Shown in pieces: positions 17,540 to 26,824 of a stretch of DNA of 64,000 bases. Source of the DNA: an uncultured Candidatus Saccharibacteria bacterium (GTDB taxonomy: Bacteria > Patescibacteriota > Dojkabacteria > J137); contig CAYMSO010000007.1 of the NCBI GenBank assembly GCA_964393185.1, positions 930 through 64,929 on the forward strand, written 5' to 3'. The notes below the pieces were generated by a model that saw only the letters and a list, made by a program, of their open reading frames with translations, did not search any database and was not told where the DNA came from. Each line of letters opens with the position of its first letter. Positions within the stretch are counted from its first letter, which is position 1. The translations under genes were made by a program, and so were the position numbers.

Positions 17540-18666
17540 ATGTAGAAGTACTTGTCTAAGAGTCCTGACTTAGTTTTTACATAAGCTGTCTGTTTTTCAG
17601 TATTTAAAGACTGTAGTTTTTTAAAGATTCTTAATGAATTTAGAAATTTAGCTTGATCACTTAATGGTGGTACTGGTACTTCGATTGCCTCAAGTTTGCT
17701 CAGCCCTAAAGTTTTATTTCTACCGGCACTCCCAGGGGATGCTTTTCTGATATCCTCTAAACCTTTTGTGGAAAGGAAGTAAAACCATAAAAACTCGGGT
17801 TCAATAATTTCACTATTACAAACACAACTTATGAATCTATGTGATCCATATCTCTGATGATCTTCTGACTGTACAACAGCGATAGCTCCTTCCCAGGCAA
17901 AAACATTGCTAAATAACAAATCACCTTCATGTATCTCATAAAGTTGTTTTGTACCTATATTTTCAGCTTTTAATGATGGTTTATGGAAGGTACCTTTACC
18001 GAAACTTCTTATTCCGAGTTCTGGGTACTCACTTCCTTTTTGAACAACTACTTTTCTTCTTACAATTGGTGCAATTTCAGACATTTTATAAGTCTTGGCT
18101 TTTGTATTTAGTTCTTCGAAAAGGACATGGAGGATTTTGTTTCCGTGGATTAATAATGCGTTATCATTAGATTCAAAGCCTTTTAAATAATTAAGGCTAT
18201 TGGAGACAAAGGTCGCAACCTCTTTCTGATAATCCAAAGACGGAACATCCAATTCGAAATTCAAAAATTTATCTTCATCAAGATATTTACGGTTTGTAGT
18301 TCCTGAGCTAGCTTTAGAACAAATATCTATGAAGCTAGAACTACTTGTAAATAGATTAAACCAGTTAATATCTATCAATTTCGGATCAAAATTGAAAGTC
18401 CAAAAATTTCCAGTAATTATCGCTCCATCTAGTTGCATTGGTACTATGCCAAATGCACCATTTCTAGCGTCAATTTTAGACAATAAAAACTGATTTTTTT
18501 TAATTAGGAATTGCTTCTTTGTACCTATCTCTCTTCCCGGAGTTCTGTCCCTGAGAGCTAAGCCTTTATTGTTTGTTCTTATGGTAACCCTTGAATAACT
18601 TATGTCATCCACAATACTGATAGGTTCTTTTATTCTTTTTAAGAATTCCCCGATTTTTCTAGTCAT
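17536..18666 (-). CDS. hsdS: type I restriction-modification specificity subunit HsdS
   Basis: 376 aa, two-TRD architecture, positioned between hsdM and the RloC-like gene. Overlaps hsdM by 8 nt. Confidence 0.8.
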   Translation of the reverse strand: MTRKIGEFLKRIKEPISIVDDISYSRVTIRTNNKGLALRDRTPGREIGTKKQFLIKKNQFLLSKIDARNGAFGIVPMQLDGAIITGNFWTFNFDPKLIDINWFNLFTSSSSFIDICSKASSGTTNRKYLDEDKFLNFELDVPSLDYQKEVATFVSNSLNYLKGFESNDNALLIHGNKILHVLFEELNTKAKTYKMSEIAPIVRRKVVVQKGSEYPELGIRSFGKGTFHKPSLKAENIGTKQLYEIHEGDLLFSNVFAWEGAIAVVQSEDHQRYGSHRFISCVCNSEIIEPEFLWFYFLSTKGLEDIRKASPGSAGRNKTLGLSKLEAIEVPVPPLSDQAKFLNSLRIFKKLQSLNTEKQTAYVKTKSGLLDKYFYI

Positions 18667-20098
18667 TTATTAAACTTTTTTTAAATTCCTCAAATAATTT
18701 ATTAGTTGAATTAACAAGTTCACTTATCTTTTGTAGATGAGTTTCTATTGATTCTTCCTTCAAATCTTCATTAGTCTTAGGGTTTTTAATATCTAAGTTA
18801 TAGTTTTGAGATTGAATCTCTTTCACTTCAATGCGCCATGCGTACTGATTTGTTTCTCGGTTTTTCCACCATTCTTTGAGATTCTTAAATTCCTCTTTTT
18901 GTATTGGCTTTGTTTTTGAGTACGATCTATAACCATCAGGATATGGTAACTCGTAATACCATATAAATTTAGTTGGCTCGCCTTTATTTAGAAATATTAG
19001 ATTAGTTTTTATTTCAGTGTAGGGTGAGAAAACTCCGGCGGGTAGGCGGACAATAGTATGTAGATTAAACTTCTCCAGTAGTTCCTGTTTTATTCTCGTC
19101 TTCACGCCTTCGCCAAATAGAAAACCATCCGGCAATACAACGCCTGCACGTCCTCCATCCTTAAGCATCTCCATGATTAACACCAAGAACAAGTCTGCTG
19201 TCTCTTTTGTCTGATATTGTTTGGGGAAGCCTTTAGCAATATTGTCGGCTTCTATTCCGCCAAAAGGAGGATTTGTTACAACAACATCAACTCTATCCTT
19301 TGCAGTAATTTCCCGTAGAGTAACTGCAAGTGAATTGTCTCTTCTTACATTTAATGGAGCTTCTATGCCATGTAAAATAAGATTTGTCATCGCAAGCATA
19401 TGAGGTAGTGGCTTCTTTTCAATGCCATATATAGAACTTTGCAAAACCTTCTCATCTTCAGGAGTTTTTACATCATTCTCACGAACATGAGTCAATGAAT
19501 CGATCAAAAATCCTCCAGTACCACAAGCTGGGTCTAAAATCTTTTCGCCAAGTTTTGGATTAACCATTTCAACAATGAATTTTGTTACAGCTCTTGGGGT
19601 ATAGAATTCTCCAGCATTACCAGCACTCTGTAAATCTTTCAGTAGCTTCTCGTAAATGTCATTGAAGATATGCGTTTGTTTGCTGTTGTTGAAATCAATC
19701 TCGTTATCGATCACATTAATAACCTGCCTCATGAATGTTCCCGACTTCATGTAGTTATAGCTGTCTTGGAATACTTCTTTAACAATGTAGCCACGAGGGT
19801 CGTCACCTTCTTGCCAATTCATCTCTTTTAATCCCGGGAAGAGCTTATTATTAATAAAATCGATCAATTCATCGCCTGTAATACCAGCATCATCCTTAGC
19901 CCAATTTCGCCACCTAAGCGATTCTGGCAGCGGTGATTTGTAATTTGAGTCTAGTAGCTCATATTCTCGCTCTTTATCATCAAATATTTTTAGGAAGAGC
20001 ATCCAAGTAAGCTGTGAGATACGTTGCGCATCACCATCTACACCTGTATCTTTGCGCATTATGTTTTGAATCGTTTTTACCAGATTTGTTAGTGCCAT
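18659..20098 (-). CDS. hsdM: type I restriction-modification N6-adenine DNA methyltransferase HsdM
   Basis: HsdM N-terminal domain, AdoMet motif ILDPACGTGGFL, and catalytic VVTNPPFGG. Confidence 0.9.
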   Translation of the reverse strand: MALTNLVKTIQNIMRKDTGVDGDAQRISQLTWMLFLKIFDDKEREYELLDSNYKSPLPESLRWRNWAKDDAGITGDELIDFINNKLFPGLKEMNWQEGDDPRGYIVKEVFQDSYNYMKSGTFMRQVINVIDNEIDFNNSKQTHIFNDIYEKLLKDLQSAGNAGEFYTPRAVTKFIVEMVNPKLGEKILDPACGTGGFLIDSLTHVRENDVKTPEDEKVLQSSIYGIEKKPLPHMLAMTNLILHGIEAPLNVRRDNSLAVTLREITAKDRVDVVVTNPPFGGIEADNIAKGFPKQYQTKETADLFLVLIMEMLKDGGRAGVVLPDGFLFGEGVKTRIKQELLEKFNLHTIVRLPAGVFSPYTEIKTNLIFLNKGEPTKFIWYYELPYPDGYRSYSKTKPIQKEEFKNLKEWWKNRETNQYAWRIEVKEIQSQNYNLDIKNPKTNEDLKEESIETHLQKISELVNSTNKLFEEFKKSLIND

Positions 20099-20104
20099 AT
20101 TTGT

Positions 20105-22501
20105 TTACGCTTGCATATAAATAAATTGCTTCATCTCCTGAACAGCTTCTACATACTGTTCTCTACCACCAAAGAATTGAATAATCTCAATTGGTGAACC
20201 GTATTGATTTATTGGCTGAACTTTTAAGACTTCCATATCCTCAAGTGGCTTCAATCCTTCGTCTGCATATTTCTCTAACAATGCCTCCAAAACCTTCCTA
20301 GCTTCTTCGCCATACTTGGCAAAATAATGTCGCTTTTTTACACTCTCAGCTCTCTCACTTCTTGTAAGTGCAGGTTTGTCAAAAGCAATATGCAAAACCA
20401 TATCGAAAGGATCAAGGTCTTTGCCTACTTCTCGTTTTAATTCATCAAAAAACACACCTTGCGCTTCAAGTTCTTCAATAACTGCAGTTTTGCGTTCTGC
20501 ATCCTGCCAGTCATTTAAGAATTCATCTAAAGATCGATACTTTTGCAGTAAACTCTTCTTGGTATAATCTTTCAGCGATTCGGTGGTGAGTTTACCATTC
20601 TCATCGTAGTATTGGACAGTCTCGTTAATGACCTGCACGTCAACACCTTCAACGTAATACTTACGCGGTCTATCGTTAACTTCTCCAGTTATTGAGATAT
20701 CTGGCTTTTCTACAGCAAGTTGAGCTACTTTTATAACCTCAGCTTCCTGTTCTTCTTCTGGTGACACCACCATCTCTTCCTCGCTTCCTTCAAAATTTGC
20801 TTCTTCGCCTTCAGTCTTCTCAACGCTGCTGATTGCTGGTCCATCGAATGCTGGATCTGCAAATAATTTAGTAGCCTGCCTAAAATCCATAATAGTGAAG
20901 TAGTATTTACCAAAATCAGGATCAATTCTCGTACCACGCCCTATAATCTGTTTAAATTCAGTCATTGAATTGATATTGCTATCAAGGACTATTAGCTTAC
21001 AAGTTTTTGCATCAACTCCAGTGGTTAGAAGCTTAGAAGTAGTTACAACTACCGGATACTTCTTCTCAGGGTCTATGAAGTTGTCTAGTTCATTTTTACC
21101 TTCTTCATTATCTCCGGTTATTCGCATAACATATTTTGCATTCTCAGAGACTAGATCGCCATTCTCATTAATTATTGTCTGTCGCATTCGTTCAGCATGT
21201 TCTATATCTACACAAAAGACTATTGTCTTAGCAAAGCGATCGGTATTCTTTAAGAACTCTGTGATCTTTTTAGCAACTGTTTTGGTTCTCTCATCAAGAA
21301 CAATTCTCCTATCAAAATCTTTTACATTGTATTCTTCGTCAGGAATCTCATTACCATATTTGTCGATTTGTCCTTCAAATGGTCTAAATCCACCTGCATC
21401 TTTATCTAAAGTAATACGCATAACTTTGTATGGTGCAAGGAATCCATCTTCAATCCCTTGTTTTAGCGAGTAGGTGTAAATTGGTTCTCCGAAGTATTCA
21501 ATGTTATCAGCACCTTTCTCCTGTTTGGGGGTAGCGGTCATTCCTATTTGAGTAGAAGCGTTGAAGTATTCCAAAATCTCTCGCCATGCAGAATCATCTG
21601 CTGCACTTCCTCTATGAGCTTCGTCAATAATGATCAAATCAAAAAAATCTCTAGGGAATTGCTTATAAATCTTTTGATACTCCTCAGTTCCAGTAATGCT
21701 TTGATAAAGCCCAACAAATACTTCATATGCTGCAAATTTTGTAATCTCAAATTTACCTCGATTGATCTTTGTAGCTTTATCTCCAAACGGTGCAAAGTCC
21801 CGTCTTAATGGATCATCTACAAGAATGTTCCTGTCAGCAATAAATAGAATTCTCTTCTTAGCTCTAGACTTCCAAAGTCTCCACATAATCTGGAATGCGG
21901 TGAACGTCTTGCCAGTTCCGGTAGCCATTACGAGCAATAACCTGTCTTTGCCTTTAGCAATTGCTTCAACAGTTCTATTAATCGCAACTTCTTGGTAGTA
22001 ACGAGGTTTTTTGCTTGTTGGAGTGTAGTAGTAATCCTGTGTAACTATTTGCTCATCTTCAGTTGTTAATCCCTTCCAAATTTTGAATCGTTGGTAAAGT
22101 TCTTCGGGAGTAGGGAATTGCTGCAAAGATATCTCACGTTCAATAGCACCTTCAGTTTTGGTTTTATCATGTTCAACAAACCCATCACCGTTACTTGAGA
22201 ATACAAAAGGGATATCAAGAATTTCGGAATATTCCATGCCCTGCTGCATACCTGCTCCAACGCTGTGGTTATTGTCTTTGGCTTCAATTATTGCAATTGG
22301 AAGGTTTGATTTGTAGTAAAGGATGTAGTCTGCCTTTTTACCTTTACCTCGCTTTACAGTCTCACCTTTTACTATGATACGACCATCTGTAAAATATACC
22401 TGTTCCCTGATTTGCTTCTGTAGATCCCAACCTGCTTGTTGTAATGCAGGTAATATGAATTTAGTACAAATGTCCGCTTCGCTTAGTTGTTTTTTATCCA
22501 T
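20105..22501 (-). CDS. hsdR: type I restriction endonuclease subunit HsdR
   Basis: N-terminal PD-(D/E)xK (ADYILYY...IAIIEAKD), helicase motifs MATGTGKT and IIDEAHRG, and the motif VI region QIIGRGTR. 798 aa. Confidence 0.9.
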   Translation of the reverse strand: MDKKQLSEADICTKFILPALQQAGWDLQKQIREQVYFTDGRIIVKGETVKRGKGKKADYILYYKSNLPIAIIEAKDNNHSVGAGMQQGMEYSEILDIPFVFSSNGDGFVEHDKTKTEGAIEREISLQQFPTPEELYQRFKIWKGLTTEDEQIVTQDYYYTPTSKKPRYYQEVAINRTVEAIAKGKDRLLLVMATGTGKTFTAFQIMWRLWKSRAKKRILFIADRNILVDDPLRRDFAPFGDKATKINRGKFEITKFAAYEVFVGLYQSITGTEEYQKIYKQFPRDFFDLIIIDEAHRGSAADDSAWREILEYFNASTQIGMTATPKQEKGADNIEYFGEPIYTYSLKQGIEDGFLAPYKVMRITLDKDAGGFRPFEGQIDKYGNEIPDEEYNVKDFDRRIVLDERTKTVAKKITEFLKNTDRFAKTIVFCVDIEHAERMRQTIINENGDLVSENAKYVMRITGDNEEGKNELDNFIDPEKKYPVVVTTSKLLTTGVDAKTCKLIVLDSNINSMTEFKQIIGRGTRIDPDFGKYYFTIMDFRQATKLFADPAFDGPAISSVEKTEGEEANFEGSEEEMVVSPEEEQEAEVIKVAQLAVEKPDISITGEVNDRPRKYYVEGVDVQVINETVQYYDENGKLTTESLKDYTKKSLLQKYRSLDEFLNDWQDAERKTAVIEELEAQGVFFDELKREVGKDLDPFDMVLHIAFDKPALTRSERAESVKKRHYFAKYGEEARKVLEALLEKYADEGLKPLEDMEVLKVQPINQYGSPIEIIQFFGGREQYVEAVQEMKQFIYMQA

Positions 22502-22703
22502 TGGCAGGTTTTAACGAGATAAGATTATCAACAGTTACACCAAGTGCTTTGGCAATCTTCTGTAAATGTTCAAGTCTAGGGCTAACAATTACTCCAATCT
22601 CAATTTTTGTGAGCGTTGAGTAACTAACACCCGATAATTTGGCTAAATCCCTTTGAGTCAGGCTTTTTTGCTTCCTTAGTTGTTTTATGTTTGCTCCTAG
22701 CAT
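22494..22703 (-). CDS. XRE-family HTH protein (possible controller) heading the type I operon
   Basis: IKQLRKQKSLTQRDLAKLSGVSYSTLTKIE is a classic Cro/C1 HTH. Its stop overlaps the hsdR start by 8 nt. Confidence 0.8.
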   Translation of the reverse strand: MLGANIKQLRKQKSLTQRDLAKLSGVSYSTLTKIEIGVIVSPRLEHLQKIAKALGVTVDNLISLKPANG

Positions 22704-22781
22704 GGTGTAAAACTATCCAATAATTGATATTCTACTACAACTATTCGTACAAATAAATGCTAATAGTATTAAGAGGGGAAT

Positions 22782-23276
22782 TTAAAGTTTGAATTGCAAA
22801 CTTTCAGCTCTACAGAAATCCCAAACACCCATACAACGTATATTCAGTTCAGTACATAAATTTGGAAGGCGGGGTATATTTAGTGATGAGTTCGCTGGAT
22901 TATTCTCAGTGGTAAAAACTACTAATTGGTTTGCTTTAGAGTAACAAGCGATAACCGGATCTGCAGCATTCTTATGCCCTGAAGCCAAAAGGTTATATTT
23001 ATTTACAAGCTTCTCTATTTCAGTTGAGGTGACATCATCGACTTCTAAAAAGATTTTTTTGTTGTCCTTTAACCATTCTTTAAATGATTTATCCTCTTGT
23101 TCTTCTTTCATGAGTTCTTCATAAACGTCAATGACTGAAACCATTCTGCCACTGTTAACAAGCACGTTAAAGTGTTCCCAGAGTCCAGGTAAAATATCTT
23201 TCGGGAAGCGACCTTTCTCTTCCTTCCAGAGATCAAAAATTACATTTGTATCAAAACAATACTTATAATCAGCCAT
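22782..23276 (-). CDS. DUF4411 (PIN-like) protein
   Basis: YCFDTNVIFDLW... AADPVIACYSKANQLVVFTTE ... IPRLPNLCTELNIRC follows the DUF4411 pattern (Y.lDtN... aDpfvIA.A...vVT.E...kIP.vC...gi.c). Confidence 0.6.
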   Translation of the reverse strand: MADYKYCFDTNVIFDLWKEEKGRFPKDILPGLWEHFNVLVNSGRMVSVIDVYEELMKEEQEDKSFKEWLKDNKKIFLEVDDVTSTEIEKLVNKYNLLASGHKNAADPVIACYSKANQLVVFTTENNPANSSLNIPRLPNLCTELNIRCMGVWDFCRAESLQFKL

Positions 23277-24441
23277 AGTTAGACATTAGAGATTCAATAA
23301 TTGGGGTGTGCTTTATATTTGTATCTAAATATTTTGACACTTCGTAGTAAGTTATTTTATTCACCCGGTAAGCATCAAAAACGTCTAAAACAAATCCCCT
23401 GCTATTCCTGGAGATCTCATTTCTCTGATATAGGTGGTAGCCTTTAGGTATAAATATCTTCTTATCTTTCTGCCTCTCTTCATATTCAGCAACCAATTCC
23501 ATAATATGCTTTCTTCTATTTTTGAATTCGCTTTCACCCATAAACCCATTATCGTATAGTCTTCTGATAATCACTTCTTCACTAACGCAGAGGTCTCTTG
23601 CAATTTTTTTTATATACTTATCTCGACTATCTTTATCGCTGAAATTTACAAAGTTTTTAAGCTCTCCCAGTGGCACAAGGAAGTTACCAGCAAAAGCATT
23701 AGCAAATACCTCCTCAGGCGTGGTTTTGTCATTGTATACATTGTCGTCAAAGATTTCGAAGTACCCATCATCTTTTAAAACAACATGAGCTATCTCATGG
23801 AATAAAGAGAATGTCTTACCTGCATCACTATCATTTTTGTTTAATGTGATTACTACATACTCACCATCTGTTAAACAAAATGCCCTTCCGTCCTTCTTTT
23901 TGTCGAAAGAATACTCAACAATGTAAAATCCCTTACTTTCAAGTAAGTCTCTCCAATTCTCGAATCCAGCCTTTTTGTCCTTCCAAGTTTTCTGTGTCTC
24001 GACATCCAGACCTATCCACTTTCTAAACTCTAGTGCTGCATTTACAGGATCCGTAAATGAATTTTTTAGTTCGTTAATAGCTTCCCAATTAGGTTTCCGA
24101 CCTTCCAAATCTGCAGCAAGTGCCACGATTCGTTCTGCGTTATCCAATGCTTCAAATAATTTGCGTGATTCTTCGTTCTGGAGTGATTCTTCATAGATAC
24201 GTCTGAATTTTTTAGGAAGTGTTTTTTTGTGTGGAATATTCTCTAGGAATAAGATTGTCCAAGGACGTCCGTAGGTCTTTGCAATTTTACGTGCTGTTTT
24301 AATATCTATTTCTATGCCTTCCTCTTCCCATAGTTTCAAAGTAGCTACATCAATCTTTAACTTCTTTGCGGCAATATCTAACGACATGTTCAAGTGAAGT
24401 CGTAATTCTTTGAGAATTGTGGGTCTAGCTTTTATTGCCAC
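23269..24441 (-). CDS. XRE HTH + ImmA/IrrE-family zinc metallopeptidase (DUF955) fusion
   Basis: N-terminal HTH (LRLHLNMSLDIAAKKLKIDVATLKLWE) and the metallopeptidase HExxH motif FSLFHEIAHVVL. Overlaps the DUF4411 gene by 8 nt. Confidence 0.75.
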   Translation of the reverse strand: MAIKARPTILKELRLHLNMSLDIAAKKLKIDVATLKLWEEEGIEIDIKTARKIAKTYGRPWTILFLENIPHKKTLPKKFRRIYEESLQNEESRKLFEALDNAERIVALAADLEGRKPNWEAINELKNSFTDPVNAALEFRKWIGLDVETQKTWKDKKAGFENWRDLLESKGFYIVEYSFDKKKDGRAFCLTDGEYVVITLNKNDSDAGKTFSLFHEIAHVVLKDDGYFEIFDDNVYNDKTTPEEVFANAFAGNFLVPLGELKNFVNFSDKDSRDKYIKKIARDLCVSEEVIIRRLYDNGFMGESEFKNRRKHIMELVAEYEERQKDKKIFIPKGYHLYQRNEISRNSRGFVLDVFDAYRVNKITYYEVSKYLDTNIKHTPIIESLMSNYG

Positions 24442-24649
24442 TTTAGAATTGAATAAAAATTTTACTATCTATATTATGACAAAAGTTCGCAAGCAACTAA
24501 AGTGAAATAATCTTGAGGTAGTTCTAGCCAATATAAATCTTAGCTTAATTAAAGCTCATTTTTGTTTTAAATAATCATCAACTGCGCATTGATTTTTAAA
24601 GTCTTTACGGGTTAAAATTTAAGCGTATAAATAATTTAGGGGAGCCATG

Positions 24650-24886
24650 CTAACGGATCGCTTTACTATTAGTTCGTTCCAAAGTATTTTGAAGAGGTGA
24701 CCCCAAATAAGAATTTAACCCTTCGTAAGCCTCAAAATGTTCCTGTAATGTATATCCAGTAACGATTTTATCCTTCATTGTGATGTTCAGAAATACTAAT
24801 TTGACCAATTGGTCGACTAAGTAGGCATTATCTGTTGTTTCGATAGTACCAGTAATGTCTTTGAAGAAGTTCAGTAAGGTTACATA
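24650..24886 (-). pseudogene. possible C-terminal gene remnant (~78 codons, no credible start)
   Basis: My translation: ...LLNFFKDITGTIETTDNAYLVDQLVKLVFLNITMKDKIVTGYTLQEHFEAYEGLNSYLGSPLQNTLERTNSKAIR*. It is open only from an in-frame TAG, and the only Met gives 39 aa. No family recognised. Confidence 0.2.
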
Positions 24887-25141
24887 ATAATGCTACTAAT
24901 GCCTCATAAAGATTAATCAATTTTTAATTTGTTTAAGTGTTATTGTTAAGGCTCTCTTTTTCCAAAATTAATAACTTCTGCAAGATCTTATTCGCTTCAA
25001 GTTAATTTAATATCTAACTAGTTGTTGCTAAGTACCATAAACAATCTTATAATTCATGCTAATTCCATTTAAGATTTGTACTGCAATACAATGCAAATCT
25101 ATAAATTTATTGATATAACTAGCTCAACTTACTAATAATAT

Positions 25142-26104
25142 ATGATTATAGCCAGAGCACCTCTTCGCTTATCTTTAGGTGGGGGAGGGACGGATTTACC
25201 CTTTTACTATGAATGCAAGGGTGCTAATTTGATTCTAGGATCTATAAATAAATATCTATATGTACTTATTTCACCAAATCTAGATGATAAATTCGTTCTA
25301 AATTATGGAGAAACAGAGAGTGTATACAAGGTTTCTGAAATTAAACACGATATTATTAGAGAAGTTTTGACCTATACGCAATGTGAGATTTGTTTAAATA
25401 TAACCTCATTTTCTGATGTGCCTTTTGGAACAGGTTTGGGATCTTCTCACTCATTTTGTGTTGCTTTGCTCAAAGCTATTTATGAGTTACAAAACAAAAA
25501 TCGAACTAAAGAGGAGATTGCTGAAGATGCATCATATATTACTATAGAGGTACTGGAAACAGGTTGCGGTAAGCAAGATCAGTATGCAGCTTCATTTGGA
25601 GGCATCTTTGATCTGAGCATAGCTACTGATGGTAAATGTATTGTCAAACCATTAGATATTCCAAACCTAAAAATATTAGAATCAAATCTTCAAATTTATT
25701 ATTCAGGGGTTTCAAGAAATAGCAGCGAAATACTTAAATCTCAAAGTTCTAGTGATGAGGATAAATTTAAAGTATTTGATGAAATTAAATCCATAGGTAT
25801 TAAAATTAGGGATGCTATTGAGCTGGGAGATTTTGAAAAACTTCCAGATTTCATAAATTATCAGTGGTATTTGAAAAGGAAGACATCTTCCAAAATGTCA
25901 AATGATCATATAGATAATCAAATAAAATATATGCTTGATAATGGTGCTCAGGCTGCAAGAGTTATGGGAGCAGGAGGGGGAGGCATGATACTAGTATATA
26001 TTTCAAAAAATCATAGCAGCTTTATAAAAAAAATGGCTCTAGCAGGGCTCAAAAATGTAAAGTATAAATTCGAATATAAAGGTGTAAATATCTTGGCACT
26101 ATGA
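25142..26104 (+). CDS. GHMP-family sugar kinase (HddA-like D-glycero-D-manno-heptose 7-phosphate kinase type)
   Basis: MIIARAPLRLSLGGGGTDLPFYY is the hallmark N-terminus of HddA/fucokinase-type GHMP kinases. GHMP motif PFGTGLGSSHSF and C-terminal GAGGGG. Confidence 0.8.
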   Translation: MIIARAPLRLSLGGGGTDLPFYYECKGANLILGSINKYLYVLISPNLDDKFVLNYGETESVYKVSEIKHDIIREVLTYTQCEICLNITSFSDVPFGTGLGSSHSFCVALLKAIYELQNKNRTKEEIAEDASYITIEVLETGCGKQDQYAASFGGIFDLSIATDGKCIVKPLDIPNLKILESNLQIYYSGVSRNSSEILKSQSSSDEDKFKVFDEIKSIGIKIRDAIELGDFEKLPDFINYQWYLKRKTSSKMSNDHIDNQIKYMLDNGAQAARVMGAGGGGMILVYISKNHSSFIKKMALAGLKNVKYKFEYKGVNILAL

Positions 26105-26820
26105 AAAATTCAGTATTAATATATAAATTCCGTGATCTACTTATTAATAGTGGTTTCCATGATGAAATCAGTAGTCTAATTGTACACGGCTCTTCACTTT
26201 ATAGAGATTTTAAATCTTCAAATGAATCAAGCGATATAGATTTTGAATTAGTTTTACATAAAATAAGTGCAGAAACTCTATATGAGCTGAAGAGTCTTAT
26301 TAGTACATTTGAACATAAAATATCTTGCCAGGTTCGTACTGTTAAGGAGATAAATAATTTTAATTCAAACTTAAGGAAATCAAACTATAGAACATTTATC
26401 TTTTATTCATATGTAAATGGGATATGTTTAATAGGAAATAATATTTATAAGAAAGTAGTATGTGAAATTTCTGATGAACAAATTTTCAATAGCATCATCA
26501 ATTCCATTCAAATCTCATATAAGGATATAAAGAAATTTTTCCTTAAAGGTGAATCATCTAGGAAGGTTAATAAAACAATTATGCGAACTTTAGAAGGGAT
26601 TATTTTACTTAAACGCATTTTAGATTATAAAAAATTAGGAACAGAACAGTTCTATATACATGCACATAATGCTTTTACTTCTCTAATAATTAAATCTTTT
26701 GAAAACAGCCTTGATGATCAAGATATAGCCATTATTAATTCTTTTGCTGAATCATATAAAAATGACCGAATGAATATGGAGATATTTAAGGTAATAGATA
26801 AATTAATAGAACTTTTATAA
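26101..26820 (+). CDS. Pol-beta-superfamily nucleotidyltransferase-like protein
   Basis: IVHGSSLYRDFKSSNESSDIDFELVL fits the minimal NTase G[SG]...D.D motif, followed by a helical C-terminal domain. ATGA overlap with the kinase gene. Confidence 0.5.
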   Translation: MKNSVLIYKFRDLLINSGFHDEISSLIVHGSSLYRDFKSSNESSDIDFELVLHKISAETLYELKSLISTFEHKISCQVRTVKEINNFNSNLRKSNYRTFIFYSYVNGICLIGNNIYKKVVCEISDEQIFNSIINSIQISYKDIKKFFLKGESSRKVNKTIMRTLEGIILLKRILDYKKLGTEQFYIHAHNAFTSLIIKSFENSLDDQDIAIINSFAESYKNDRMNMEIFKVIDKLIELL

Positions 26821-26824
26821 TTTT

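Larger units (their letters stand above)
11340..24441. mobile_element. putative integrated island (serine-recombinase element) carrying defence cargo, abutting the tRNA-His 3' end
   Basis: The recombinase gene ends 6 nt from the tRNA-His CCA. All 12 genes are on the minus strand. The cargo is R-M/abortive-infection type. A 700-bp gene-free junction follows before plus-strand housekeeping genes. By eye the island looks somewhat more GC-rich than its flanks. The right boundary is not defined. Confidence 0.5.

Noticed and set aside
24686-24702. Candidate attR core: ggtgaccccaaataa resembles the tRNA-His 3' end plus flank, gatcaccccaattta (11/15, with a 7-nt exact core accccaa).
   Set aside because: The match is too short and imperfect to distinguish from chance. 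Serine recombinases need no long direct repeats, and the match lies inside a probable gene remnant.
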